A stretch of DNA of 64,000 bases. Source: Trichosphaerium sp. ATCC 40318. Its lineage: Eukaryota; Protista; Tubulinea. The first letter of the stretch is position 1; each line of letters starts with the position of its first letter. Shown one piece after another: positions 62,826-64,000 of the stretch. The translations under genes and the position numbers were made by a program. Location: the NCBI GenBank assembly GCA_038496445.1, contig JALMLS010000612.1:760998-824997 (forward strand). The letters run 5' to 3'. Under the pieces are notes generated by a model, which saw nothing but the letters and a program-made list of their open reading frames with translations, had not been told where the DNA came from and ran no database searches.

Positions 62826-64000
62826 TTATTTCCTTATTAATGGTAATACAAAGAAGAAGAACGATAACAGCATTGCTACGATTGCAACAACATATGTGGC
62901 AAGGACATCTGGTTGAAACAAGTAAAAACCGGCCTAAAAATTGAGTGTCACGTGTAGGTATTTATAAAAAAAAATCCACGTACACCTTCCAGTTTTATGA
63001 AAGCTGGTATTTTTTTGACCACGTGCGCATCCAAAGGAGGCCAGTATCTGTACAAAGAATAAGTATAAAAAAGTTTCACTGAGAATGGTTTTTGTTTAAT
63101 GTCAACATACTCAGTTGGTCCCACAACGAGCCATCCTAGACAGAAGTATAAGCAAGTTTTTAATTGTCACAACGTCAAAAAAAAATACGTACTGGATCCA
63201 CCTTTACGTGTAACAGCTCTTTTGCCTGATGTATCCTCAAAAGAAGCTAAGGCACGAACTTGTAGCGCTTCGTCCTCTTCACCATGTGTAAGCATACTAT
63301 TTAAATAATTGCGTCATCGTACCGCCAAGCAAGTAAGCAGTTCGGATACCAGCTGGAATACTCTCTCCAGGTTTCAAGAAGAAATTGGCTTCGCCTTTAA
63401 CAAGTCTGGAATGGCCAAGTTGTATTTTTCCTGAGAATTAGTGAGTTTTTGAAATAGTTGAAACTATGTACCAGTTTCTGGATCTACAGGATTTACGATA
63501 ATACAGTATTGACGCTTTGTTAAAGATGTAATGGCGATTGTACGAACCAACTAACAGAAGTATTAAAAGGCTGTAAAGGAAAAAACCAGAAGTGAGTTCT
63601 GCTTATGCCGATTTTCTTTGAAACTAACCTGCTCATTAACACCAACAATATGGGTTTCTTTACTTTCGTTTGTAATCAGCCATTCATCACCAGGTTGATG
63701 CTCTTTAAAAATATCAGTAAGGTACTTATGCCAATCGACATCAAGCTTACCGTTTCCAAATTCATCAACAAATCGGTTGTTTGCTCTCATGTGTAGAGCA
63801 ATCTTTTCTGTTAGAACTTGAGCTTTTACTGTCCTTACAACGACTTCATCGACAGCCGGCAGATAAGCACCGGTAGCTTTAAAGAGCCACTCTTCACCAG
63901 CCTTACGTTCGTTACCATCTCGGTCTACGAATTGTTTTCTAGCACGCAAATGGATGGCTACGAATTAGGTTATAAAACAACTTACGTAATTCATCTCCCG
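62826..64000 (-). CDS. Major-vault-protein repeat protein with a C-terminal TM anchor (5' part outside window)
   Basis: MVP repeats AIHLRA...RKAGEEWL...[24 protein letters not shown] and WLVVGPTEY. Ends [26 protein letters not shown]. Confidence 0.82.

Noticed and set aside
1-64000. Frequent CACGTG (E-box-like) hexamers; CRISPR, tRNA or rRNA; most short ORFs in the track
   Set aside because: CACGTG occurs in introns, exons and intergenic DNA with no positional pattern. No repeat-spacer array or tRNA/rRNA signature was seen. Most track ORFs are exon fragments with intron read-through or antisense frames.

Overview
This is AT-rich, very gene-dense eukaryotic nuclear DNA with many short spliceosomal introns (mostly about 35-110 nt, donors typically GTACGT/GTAAGT/GTATGT). 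The supplied ORF track therefore shows only exon fragments, and I built the gene models below by hand-splicing. Gene content (vault repeats, secretin-like GPCR, exon-per-repeat LRR receptor, secreted peptidoglycan hydrolase) suggests a free-living bacterivorous protist, probably an amoeba; this is inference. There are about 32 protein-coding genes and two U6 snRNA genes in inverted orientation. Recognisable housekeeping genes include ITPK1, RMC1, WDR82, TDP1, PPIH, UFM1, EXOC6/Sec15, AlaX and PDXDC1. The most unusual items are: (1) a secreted, intron-containing M15 zinc peptidase / peptidoglycan-binding / GH24 phage-type lysozyme fusion; (2) a dual-specificity phosphatase fused to a cullin-homology region lacking the neddylation domain; (3) a major-vault-protein repeat protein that ends in a transmembrane tail anchor instead of shoulder and cap; (4) a PX / Pro-repeat / profilin fusion; (5) an N-acylated Rab5-like GTPase with no C-terminal cysteines and a 4-nt microexon; (6) LRR and C-type-lectin receptors sharing a membrane-proximal module, the lectin gene sitting between the inverted U6 copies. 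I saw no CRISPR array, tRNA, rRNA or transposase. All family calls come from motif recognition, not database searches.
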